Program-made: the position numbers and the translations under genes | In this document: positions 56,283 through 64,000 of the stretch, piece after piece | How positions within the stretch are numbered: position 1 is the stretch's first letter | How the letters are laid out: each line of letters starts with the position of its first letter | Assembly: GCA_965217775.1 (NCBI GenBank) | Contig: CBDCJH010000002.1 | Span: 3,232,001 to 3,296,000, forward strand | From: Acidobacteriota bacterium | Lineage (GTDB): Bacteria; Acidobacteriota; UBA6911; RPQK01; JAJDTT01 | Direction: 5' to 3' | DNA: 64,000 nucleotides | The notes under the pieces: model-generated | Database searches by the model: none | What the model was told of the DNA's origin: nothing | What the model saw: the letters and a program-made list of their open reading frames with translations, nothing else

Positions 56283-57698
56283 TCAGAACTGGAAATAGAT
56301 GAAGCTCGCCTGACCCCCGGCAAACAGATAGAGCACCAGCAGACCTCCCAACATGATCCAGCTCCAGCTCAAGGATCGCGACGCCGCCAGCCGGCGGGAC
56401 AGGCGGCCCATTCGATAGCTGAGGAGGTGGATCAGGGCAAACGCCGCGATCAGGAAGAGGGGCAAGGGGTGGCTGTCGATCAGCGCCGAGAGCCCGGCGG
56501 TGTTGTAATCCCAAAAGAGCATCTTCTTCACGTAGAAGGCCAGCTTGCCCAGGTCGGAGAGGGTGAAGATCAGCCAGCCGATGCAGGTGAGGTAAAAAGT
56601 CCCCAGGATCTTCAGGGGATCCCAGATCCGGGACCCGGATGCCGGCCGCCGCCAGATCAGGACCTTGTGGAGAATAAGGAGAATCCCCTGATACAGGCCC
56701 CAGAGGACGAAGTGCCACGCAGCGCCGTGCCAGAGCCCGCCCAGGAGCATGGTCACCATCAGGTTCACCAGTTGGCGCCGCCGGCCCTTCCGGTTTCCGC
56801 CCAGGGGAATGTAGAGGTAGTCCCGGAGCCAACTGGAGAGGCTAATGTGCCACCGTTTCCAGAACTCGGTGATGTTGCGGGAAAAATAGGGGAAGTTGAA
56901 GTTGTCCGGGAAACGGAAGCCCATGACCCGGGCCGAGCCGATGGCGATGTCGGTGTATCCCGAGAAGTCGCAGTAGATCTGGATGGCGAAGGCGGTGATG
57001 CCCAGGAACACCGCCAGCGAATCCTGGGTCAGATCCCCGTGGAAGACCGTCTCCACGAATCCCGACAGGTTGTCCGCGACACAGACCTTCTTGATGAGCC
57101 CGTAGAGGATCAGCGTCGATCCGAACCGGATCTGGTCCCAGTTGACCATGGGCATCCGGGCGAGCTGCGGCAGAAAATGGCGTGCCCGGACAATGGGACC
57201 CGCCACCAACTGGGGAAAGAAGGAGACGTAGAGGGCGAACGATCCTATGGAGCTCACCGGCTTCAACTTGCCGAAGTAGATGTCGAGCGTGTAACTCATG
57301 CTCTGGAAGGTGTAGAAGGAGATGCCGATGGGCAGGAAGATCTCCCACCCCGAGAGCCGTCCGCCGAAGCCCAGGCTACCGAACAGCGCTTCCAGGCTGG
57401 CGAGGGCGAAGTTGGTGTATTTGAAGTAGGCCAGGACCCCCAGGTTGCCGGCGATGCTGCAGGCCAGGTAAATGCGGCGCGCCCGCAGGCTCTTCGAATT
57501 GCCGATGGCACGCCCCAAGTAGAAATCCAGGGCGCTGGAATACAGAAGCAGAAGGACGAACCAGGTGGACGACACCCAGTAGAAGTAGTAGCTGGCCAGA
57601 AGCAGGAACGCGTGCTGGAATCGGCGCCTGCGGACCGAGTCGGTGACCAGGAGGACCAGCAGGAAAAAGAGGATGTAATGGAAGCTGTTGAAGAGCAT
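56283..57698 (-). CDS. MBOAT family O-acyltransferase (AlgI/DltB/PatA-like)
   Basis: MLFNS, PIGISFYTFQ, FPQLVAGPI, DFSGYTD, FWKRWHISLS, GLWHGA. Confidence 0.94.
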   Translation of the reverse strand: MLFNSFHYILFFLLVLLVTDSVRRRRFQHAFLLLASYYFYWVSSTWFVLLLLYSSALDFYLGRAIGNSKSLRARRIYLACSIAGNLGVLAYFKYTNFALASLEALFGSLGFGGRLSGWEIFLPIGISFYTFQSMSYTLDIYFGKLKPVSSIGSFALYVSFFPQLVAGPIVRARHFLPQLARMPMVNWDQIRFGSTLILYGLIKKVCVADNLSGFVETVFHGDLTQDSLAVFLGITAFAIQIYCDFSGYTDIAIGSARVMGFRFPDNFNFPYFSRNITEFWKRWHISLSSWLRDYLYIPLGGNRKGRRRQLVNLMVTMLLGGLWHGAAWHFVLWGLYQGILLILHKVLIWRRPASGSRIWDPLKILGTFYLTCIGWLIFTLSDLGKLAFYVKKMLFWDYNTAGLSALIDSHPLPLFLIAAFALIHLLSYRMGRLSRRLAASRSLSWSWIMLGGLLVLYLFAGGQASFIYFQF

Positions 57699-57716
57699 CT
57701 CAGCCGGCGGCGGGAA

Positions 57717-58748
57717 TCACGGAATGCCAGGCCATGCTTCCATGGGGTCGGTGGACCGGACCACATGCATTCCGGCGTCGGCGAACCGGCGGAAGGCGGC
57801 GGTGGCGTCCTCCGTGTAGTCGACGACGCCGGGGACCACCACCGGCGAGGTGCAATCCTCCAGCAGGTAGACCCTGCCGGCGAAATCCTCCGGACCCGCC
57901 GAGCACTCTTCCAGGAGATGATCCACGGTCCAGGCCACGCAATGGCTCTTGGCCTGTCCCGCCACGACCACTACGTCGCAGGTCATGAGCGACTCCAACC
58001 AGGTCCGGTTCTTCTCGCCGATGGGAGCGCCGTCGGCCCCCTCCATCACCTCCGGCCCCAGAACCGAGTAGTGCTCCGTCAAGGGCGAGTCTCCCTTGAC
58101 CTGGAAATCGGGCTGGCTCTGGCGGCAGACGCTGTGAAAGAAGACGGCCTCCTCCAGGGAGGACACCAGGGCATGACCGATCCCGCCCAGCATGCCGTGG
58201 TAGGGCCAGACGGTGAGCTGGTATTGTCCTTCCTCCCGAAGCCGGCTCACATAGTGGAGCAGATGAGCCTGACCGGCCTCCGGATCCATGCCGATCTGGG
58301 AGCAGGCGACCGGATTGATTCGCCAGAGTCCCCCGCGCACGTCCTCGGGTGAGACGACGGTGTACGGATCGGGGTGCTCTCCGGCCTCGTCGATCAGAAA
58401 CAGGGGATGAAAGATCTGCACCGGACGGTGCGTGTCCAGGGTCGGACAGATCCGGGTGACGACACCCAGATTTCGATAGAGAAACCGGCACAGCCGCTGG
58501 TTGTCCTCCACCGCCGCCCGTCCGGACGCTCCCGCCACGAAGAGCTCGAATCCGGGTATGCAGAAGGTGTTCTGCACGTCCACCGCCACCAGACAGACCC
58601 GAATCCGGTCCTGGGCGGCAGGCGTGACGCTGTAGCGGACTCGCCACTCCTTGGCTTCCCGGGCTCTCTCCTGATAGGAAACGCGCCAGACCTGATCGAC
58701 CCGGTCAGGGTCGAAGTGGCGAGGAACCGGAAGTTGGGGCCAGTGCAT
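57717..58748 (-). CDS. Isochorismatase-family cysteine hydrolase (nicotinamidase-like)
   Basis: DVQNTFC, TLDTH, WPYH, VKG, AKSHCV triad. ATG at 58748. Confidence 0.88.
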   Translation of the reverse strand: MHWPQLPVPRHFDPDRVDQVWRVSYQERAREAKEWRVRYSVTPAAQDRIRVCLVAVDVQNTFCIPGFELFVAGASGRAAVEDNQRLCRFLYRNLGVVTRICPTLDTHRPVQIFHPLFLIDEAGEHPDPYTVVSPEDVRGGLWRINPVACSQIGMDPEAGQAHLLHYVSRLREEGQYQLTVWPYHGMLGGIGHALVSSLEEAVFFHSVCRQSQPDFQVKGDSPLTEHYSVLGPEVMEGADGAPIGEKNRTWLESLMTCDVVVVAGQAKSHCVAWTVDHLLEECSAGPEDFAGRVYLLEDCTSPVVVPGVVDYTEDATAAFRRFADAGMHVVRSTDPMEAWPGIP

Positions 58749-58758
58749 TCGAGCGGAT

Positions 58759-59034
58759 TCAGCGGTTGTAACCGGTCTCCTCGTACCACTCGGCGTTGAT
58801 CTCGAGGTAGTGTTCCCACTCCTCGGGAACTTCGTCGTCCGGAAAGATGGCCTCAACGGGGCACTCGGGAACACAGGCACCGCAATCGATGCACTCCTCC
58901 GGGTCGATGTAGAGCATGCTGGCGTCGACGAATTCGGTCTCATCGGCGCGGGGATGGATGCAATCGACCGGACAGGAATCCACGCAGGCCGTGTCCTTGG
59001 TTCCGATACAGGGCTCAGCGATGACGAAGGTCAT
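58759..59034 (-). CDS. fdxA: 7Fe-type ferredoxin
   Basis: MTFVIAEPC..CVDSCPVDCIH..CIDCGACVPECP. Confidence 0.93.
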   Translation of the reverse strand: MTFVIAEPCIGTKDTACVDSCPVDCIHPRADETEFVDASMLYIDPEECIDCGACVPECPVEAIFPDDEVPEEWEHYLEINAEWYEETGYNR

Positions 59035-59090
59035 GATCTCCTCCCTCGTAGAACCTATCCAATTTAACGGAAAAAGAATCCAGGTCAAGC

Positions 59091-59147
59091 GGAACGGCGG
59101 CTTTCCAGCCGCCGATTTGGTGGAGGTAGGGGGAGTCCCCCTGCTAC
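59091..59147 (+). repeat. REP-like element (family 2) in the divergent promoter region
   Basis: CGGCGGCTTTCCAGCCGCCG hairpin plus GGGGGAGTCCCCC. Confidence 0.55.
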
Positions 59148-59217
59148 GTCCCCTCCAGATTTTCCCCCGGGCGAATGCGGTGTCGAGTCACGTCACAGAC
59201 TGTTAGAATACCGCTCA

Positions 59218-60189
59218 GTGAACCGCACGGAACGCCTTCTGGACTTGATCGCGTACCTCCTCAACTCCAGCGACCCGGTCTCCTGGAGAGAGATCAAGAA
59301 CCACTTCCCGGAAGACTATTCCCGAGGCGTCGAGGAGTCGAATCAGCGAAAATTCGAGCGCGACAAGGCCGAGCTCATCACCTTGGGGATTCCCATCGAC
59401 TATAAGAGCGGGGCCGAGGTGTCCAAAGAGGGCTACGTCATCCGGGAGGACAAGCTCTTCCTTCGCGAAATCGAGTTCGATCCCACCGAGTCCTCCTTGC
59501 TGATGCTTTCGGCGGATGCCGTCCGGGACAATTCAAACTTTCCCTACCAGGCGCAGCTGAAATCGGCTCTCTACAAGATCATCAGCGTCAGTCAGGTGAC
59601 CCCTCCGCCTCCCGAATTGAAGATCTCCTTTCCCAACGGGGGAAAAACCGGCAAATGGCCGAACCTGGTGCATCAGATCCGGGAAGCCTTGGAGCGGAAG
59701 AAGAGTGTCGAGATCGAGTACTACGCCTTCTCCACGCGCGAGACGACCCGGCGCAAGGTCGATCCTTACGGCCTGATCTTGAGGAGGGGCCACTGGACGC
59801 TCGTGGGTTGGGATCACCTGCGGCAGGGGCTTCGATGCTTCGTCCTCGCCCGCATGAGCGAGGTCACCGTCAACCGGAGGCGCCCCGGGAGTCCCGACTA
59901 CACGATTCCCAGTGGATTCACCTTGAAGCCGTACCAGAACCAACAACCCTGGGAACTGGCCATCCACGAGCCGGTTCGGGTTTCGGTGGAGATTTCCGAA
60001 CACCGGTTGCCCGAACTGCTCCCCCAGTTGAACCGCGCCGTTCCCAGGGGTGAGAACCGCTTCGACCTCGAGGTGACCAATCGGTCCGGTTTCGTCTCCT
60101 GGGTTCTGGAACTGAAGACCGATGCCCGGGTTCTGGCTCCGCTGGAGATTCGAAACGAGATTCAGCGGACTCTCCGGAATCTGTTATGA
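59218..60189 (+). CDS. pafB: HTH-WYL-WCX transcriptional regulator, PafB-like
   Basis: RTERLLDLIAYLL, RKFERDKAEL..LGIPI, VDPYGL, WTLVGWD, RCFVLARM. Confidence 0.8.
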   Translation: MNRTERLLDLIAYLLNSSDPVSWREIKNHFPEDYSRGVEESNQRKFERDKAELITLGIPIDYKSGAEVSKEGYVIREDKLFLREIEFDPTESSLLMLSADAVRDNSNFPYQAQLKSALYKIISVSQVTPPPPELKISFPNGGKTGKWPNLVHQIREALERKKSVEIEYYAFSTRETTRRKVDPYGLILRRGHWTLVGWDHLRQGLRCFVLARMSEVTVNRRRPGSPDYTIPSGFTLKPYQNQQPWELAIHEPVRVSVEISEHRLPELLPQLNRAVPRGENRFDLEVTNRSGFVSWVLELKTDARVLAPLEIRNEIQRTLRNLL

Positions 60190-61154
60190 ACGTCGCAGAT
60201 CGAATCAACCGCATACTCCTGATCATGAGCTACGTCTCCCAGAACCAGGGGATCTGGTTGGACGATCTGGCCAAAAAGGTGGAGATGCGACCCCAGGAGC
60301 TGTTGAAGGAGCTGGAATTCATGCTCCTCATCGGCAAGCCTCCGTTTCGGCCCGACGACTATGTGGACATCTACGTGGAGGACCGGCGAGTCTTCATCGA
60401 GTTCGACCAGATGTTGAACCGTCCCCTGCGCTTCACCCGGCCCGAAGCGGTGGCGTTGCTGGTCTCCCTCCAGTTGCTGGACCCGGAAGTGGATCCCGAA
60501 GCCGTCAGGTCCCTGAAGAGCAAGATCCGTCAGGCCATCGCCCGCTCGGAGGACTCCCGTTCCCGGATCGAGAATCGTGTCGTCGTGGACCGGCCGTCCC
60601 GGCCCGTCTCGGAACACTTTGCGCTCTTGCGCCAAGCCGTTGAGGATCACCTCAAGGTGCGGATCGACTACTACTCGTTGACCCGAAACGAGACCTTGAG
60701 CCGCAACGTTCGCCCCTACTACCTGATGAAACGTCTGGGCTACTGGTATATGGAGGGTTACTGCGAACTCCGGCGTGACGTTCGGACCTTCAAGTTCGAT
60801 CGGGTCCTGGCGGTGGACCTGTTGAAGGACTCATTCTCTCTCCCCGAGGGTGTGGACGTGCGCCAAGACAGAAACAACTTCCTGCGGTTTCCAGGCGATC
60901 GCGAGATCCGGGTCTATTTCGACGCGGACGTGGCTCCCTGGATCAAGGAGCAATGGGGGGATTCGGTGGAACCAGTAAAGGACGGGGGGGTGGTCCTGAC
61001 CCTGGAGAGTGAGACGCTGGAATTCCCTTCCCGCCTGGTTCTGCAATTTGCCCGTCATGCCCGCCCTTTGAGCCCTCCCGAGTTGATCGAGAAGGTCCGG
61101 AGCGATGCCAGGAAGGTATTGGCCCTGTACGATTCGCCGGTTTCGGCTTCATGA
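60186..61154 (+). CDS. pafC: HTH-WYL-WCX transcriptional regulator, PafC-like
   Basis: RILLIMSYV, G.PP..PDD..DI, RPLRFT..EA.AL, RTFKFDRV. Overlaps the pafB-like stop. Confidence 0.8.
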   Translation: MNVADRINRILLIMSYVSQNQGIWLDDLAKKVEMRPQELLKELEFMLLIGKPPFRPDDYVDIYVEDRRVFIEFDQMLNRPLRFTRPEAVALLVSLQLLDPEVDPEAVRSLKSKIRQAIARSEDSRSRIENRVVVDRPSRPVSEHFALLRQAVEDHLKVRIDYYSLTRNETLSRNVRPYYLMKRLGYWYMEGYCELRRDVRTFKFDRVLAVDLLKDSFSLPEGVDVRQDRNNFLRFPGDREIRVYFDADVAPWIKEQWGDSVEPVKDGGVVLTLESETLEFPSRLVLQFARHARPLSPPELIEKVRSDARKVLALYDSPVSAS

Positions 61155-61360
61155 GTGCCGCTGCCTGTCGCCGGTGCCGGATCACCAGGCCGCAACTTCC
61201 ACCAGGGAGCGCGATGATCGCGCCGGATTTTCGCTTCCAGCAGGTGTCCGGCACAGTCGGCTCCCCGGAGACTTCGATAGAATATCGGTAGTGGACCGAT
61301 GATCATCATGCACCCGGCGACCCAGCGAGAAATTCGGGGCAGAAGGCAACCCAAACAAGG

Positions 61361-61936
61361 ATGGAGAATGTCGTCATGAAGAAAACAGCGCGAAGGGGTG
61401 TCGTGCCCGTCTGGATGGTTTTTCTGGCTCTGTCCTGCGGACCGGCGCCCGACGAGGACGCCTCGACCGGGTCTGAAGCGGGAGCGGAGGCCGATGCCGG
61501 CTTGGCTGCGGCCGCGATCCTCCATCCCACCGAAGGAAACGACACCGAGGGAATCGTCGCCTTCGCGGAGATGGGCGGTGGAATTCACGTCATGGCTCAC
61601 GTGACCGGGCTGGAGCCGGGCCGATACGGCCTTCACGTGCACGAGATGGGAGACTGCAGTTCGGGGGATGGGACGAGCGCGGGCGCAATCTTCGACCCCG
61701 AAGGATCCGGTTCGGGGACTCCCGCCGGTCAATTGGGCGAGATCGAAGCCGACGAGAGCGGCATGGCCCACTTCATGACCGACCTGCACCAGATCGCCTT
61801 GTCGGAGGGTCCTCGATCCGTGGTCGGCCGCTCGGTGGTCATCATGACGGCCGGAGGAGAGACCTTCGCGTCCCTGGCCTGTGGAGTCATCGAACCGCAG
61901 GCGGCAGGCGCCATGCGCGAGGGTTCGGGATTCTGA
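61361..61936 (+). CDS. Cu/Zn superoxide dismutase-like lipoprotein with degenerate metal sites
   Basis: Lipobox LALSC, GLHVHE.GDC, SVVGRSVVI, ACGVI. Several ligands missing. Confidence 0.8.
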   Translation: MENVVMKKTARRGVVPVWMVFLALSCGPAPDEDASTGSEAGAEADAGLAAAAILHPTEGNDTEGIVAFAEMGGGIHVMAHVTGLEPGRYGLHVHEMGDCSSGDGTSAGAIFDPEGSGSGTPAGQLGEIEADESGMAHFMTDLHQIALSEGPRSVVGRSVVIMTAGGETFASLACGVIEPQAAGAMREGSGF

Positions 61937-61967
61937 TCCCGGATCGCCCCGAAAATCGGGCCGGATC
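61935..61967. terminator. Hairpin between convergent genes
   Basis: GATCCCGG..CCCGAAAATCGGG..CCGGATC. Confidence 0.35.
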
Positions 61968-62017
61968 TGGAGAATCTGCCCGGTTCGATAACCGCCCGAA
62001 ACCTCCGTCTCAGGCTG

Positions 62018-62500
62018 TCAGTCCGAAACTTTGAGTTCCGCCGTCAACCTCCTGTTGCCCCAGTCCGCCCGGAGTACCGCTCCTCCGGTGTCATGGCCGT
62101 ACCTGCTGCGGAGGAGGTAGATGGTGAACGTCTCCACGTTCGCGTCGACGACTTCCGTCTTGAGGGGAACCACCGCCTCGTCGCCATTAAAGAGCAACTC
62201 CCATTCGTCAGCGCTCACGCACTTGGCCTGCAGCTTGTAGTCGCCCGCAGGAATCGAGACCTCGCCGGACACGAGATTTGCTTCGGTCTTGATGGTCGTC
62301 GGTGCGTTCATGCCCATGCGCCAGATCATGCCCGCTTTGGCCTTACCCAGCATGTCGCGGCCCCGGAGCGAGGGTCGCCCATACTCGATGGAGACCTTCT
62401 TTCCTTTCAAGGTCAACTCGGCGGACCCGCGGAGATCCTGCTGGGCCTCCAACGAGAACTGAGTCAACAGAACTGCTGCAATGACGAGAGCTTTCTTCAT
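62018..62500 (-). CDS. DUF2911 domain protein
   Basis: Signal peptide, IEYGRPSLRGR, WRMGMNAPT, IPAGDY. Confidence 0.88.
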   Translation of the reverse strand: MKKALVIAAVLLTQFSLEAQQDLRGSAELTLKGKKVSIEYGRPSLRGRDMLGKAKAGMIWRMGMNAPTTIKTEANLVSGEVSIPAGDYKLQAKCVSADEWELLFNGDEAVVPLKTEVVDANVETFTIYLLRSRYGHDTGGAVLRADWGNRRLTAELKVSD

Positions 62501-62715
62501 GAATCTTCTCCTCGATCGATTCTTTGATGGAACTTGTGAACTCGACCCAACCGTCGGCGAACGCGGCAGGGCACGACACGCGCAGAATCACACACCATTT
62601 TTCGGTTGGCGTCAATTCGAGCCGACGGCACCGTCGATCTGACCAGTACCGCCGTTGACCGGCGAAAACCCAACGGCATATGCTTGACCAAGGTTGACCA
62701 ACTACGAGGTCGGAC

Positions 62716-62961
62716 ATGGCTGAAACGGTCTACAATCTTTACGAAGCCAAATCGTCTCTCTCTCGCCTCGTCGACCGGGCCGCGGGAGGAGAGGAAATCA
62801 TAATTGCCAAGTCTGGAAAACCCTTGGCGCGCCTGGGGCCCCTCCGACAAAGAGTCGCTCAGCGGAAGCCCGGGGGATGGGAAGGCCGTGTCTACATCTC
62901 GGAAGACTTTGACGAGCCTTTGCCGCCGGAGATCCTATCGGCTTTCGAAGGACAGGGATGA
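62716..62961 (+). CDS. Phd/YefM antitoxin
   Basis: NLYEAKSSLSRLVDRA..GEEIIIAKSGKP.ARL, DFDEPLP. Upstream tandem TTGACCAA repeats. Confidence 0.92.
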   Translation: MAETVYNLYEAKSSLSRLVDRAAGGEEIIIAKSGKPLARLGPLRQRVAQRKPGGWEGRVYISEDFDEPLPPEILSAFEGQG

Positions 62962-63335
62962 AATTGCTGCTGCTGGATACGCATGTGTTCCTGTGGTGGC
63001 GAAGCCAGCCCTCCAAGATTTCCCCAGAGGTGACCAAGGCGATTGCGACTGCGGAGGTCGTCTTCGTCAGCGCAGCCTCGGCCTGGGAAGCTTCGACAAA
63101 AGCTGCTCTGGGGAAGCTGAGGCTCCCTGAGAGTTTCGAATCGGGAGTAGCCAAGAGCGGCTTTCAACAGTTGCCGATCGGCTTTGGCCACGCCGGCCCG
63201 GTTTCAGACCTGCCCCCTCACCACCAGGATCCCTTCGATCGCATGCTGATTGCCCAGGCTCAGTCGGAGGGCCTGACCCTGGTCAGCCACGATCGACGCC
63301 TGGCACCCTACGACGTGCCCATCCTCTGGGTTTGA
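62958..63335 (+). CDS. vapC: VapC PIN toxin
   Basis: LLLDTHVFLWW, SAWE, HHQDPFDRMLIAQA, LVSHD. Confidence 0.93.
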   Translation: MKLLLLDTHVFLWWRSQPSKISPEVTKAIATAEVVFVSAASAWEASTKAALGKLRLPESFESGVAKSGFQQLPIGFGHAGPVSDLPPHHQDPFDRMLIAQAQSEGLTLVSHDRRLAPYDVPILWV

Positions 63336-63577
63336 TCCGTGGTCCTGGAACGGCTCTCCGTGGACGCCCGAACCGGACGAATCCAGAGCATGTTTCTCAG
63401 GAAGCGGAAGAAATAGACTGTCCCCTTTATTGGCCGTTGCGCGCGTTCAATCTCGGAGGGGACGTGTACACTGTGCGCGGCCGGACGAATCAGGGCCAGC
63501 TTGATGGAACGGGAACACGAGTCGTTCGAGGTCGTTGCCGCTGATGCCGCTGGATGCGCCGTCTGGGACTGTTCGGC

Positions 63578-64000
63578 ATGAGTCGCCCTTCCCTCTACCT
63601 GAGATATCTGAGCGGCGTTCTCGCTTGGGTCAGCCTCATCGCCTGTGGCTCTGACCCTGCAGATCGTCCGAACGTGGTCCTGGTCATCACGGACGACCAG
63701 GGATATGGAGATCTGGGCTTTCACGGCAACCCGGTTCTCAAGACGCCCAACCTCGATCAGTTGGCCGGCGAATCGGTGCGACTTACGGACTACCACGTTG
63801 CCCCCACCTGTTCGCCGACCCGCAGCGCTCTCCAGACCGGGCGTTGGACCAACCGGACCGGTGTCTGGCACACCATCATGGGCCGCTCGCTCTTGCGTGA
63901 GGATGAAGTGACGCTGGGCCAGGTCTTCCGGGATGCCGGCTATGCCACGGGCATGTTCGGCAAGTGGCATCTGGGTGACAACTATCCTTTTCGGCCCGAA
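63578..64000 (+). CDS. Arylsulfatase (partial, runs off window end), probable lipoprotein
   Basis: My translation from ATG 63578: LIAC lipobox, [30 protein letters not shown]. Confidence 0.92.
   Translation, partial: MSRPSLYLRYLSGVLAWVSLIACGSDPADRPNVVLVITDDQGYGDLGFHGNPVLKTPNLDQLAGESVRLTDYHVAPTCSPTRSALQTGRWTNRTGVWHTIMGRSLLREDEVTLGQVFRDAGYATGMFGKWHLGDNYPFRPE

Noticed and set aside
59161-59217. Mycobacterial PafBC motif (TGTCGG-N10-TA-N3-T) upstream of the pafB-like gene
   Set aside because: TGTCGA and TAGAAT are present but not at the required 10-nt spacing.
1-64000. tRNA, rRNA, integrase or prophage genes
   Set aside because: None recognised by eye. A tRNAscan-SE/Infernal run would be needed to exclude small RNAs.

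Overview
GC-rich bacterial window. The gene repertoire (DUF1501/DUF1549-DUF1553 modules, sulfatase, secreted beta-propeller and beta-helix proteins, many TA modules) suggests an Acidobacteriota- or PVC-like organism, possibly host-associated; this is inference only. Left end (1-4.6 kb): a diverged segmental duplication brackets a lower-GC islet carrying a complete IS1380 element and a two-gene wHTH + wHTH-HEPN cassette, the best candidate here for an undescribed defence or toxin system. 9-13.5 kb: a toxin-antitoxin cluster in which toxins are mostly decayed while antitoxins remain intact; one antitoxin carries an in-frame 162-bp MITE insertion, and an XRE-ImmA/IrrE + PIN pair follows. 13.7-24.3 kb: a complete N-methylglutamate (methylamine utilisation) gene set. 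Further on: class I fumarase, a tandemly duplicated amidohydrolase pair, an SSS transporter, a TrkA-domain K+ channel, a second DUF1501 module, a tandem Spy/CpxP protein, Fic + UDG, an fdx-pncA-MBOAT-SGNH-pdxA run, a PafB/PafC-like WYL pair, a degenerate Cu/Zn-SOD lipoprotein, vapBC and a partial arylsulfatase. Two MITE families and two REP-like families are visible. I saw no rRNA, tRNA or CRISPR array. All family assignments come from motif recognition by eye, not database searches.
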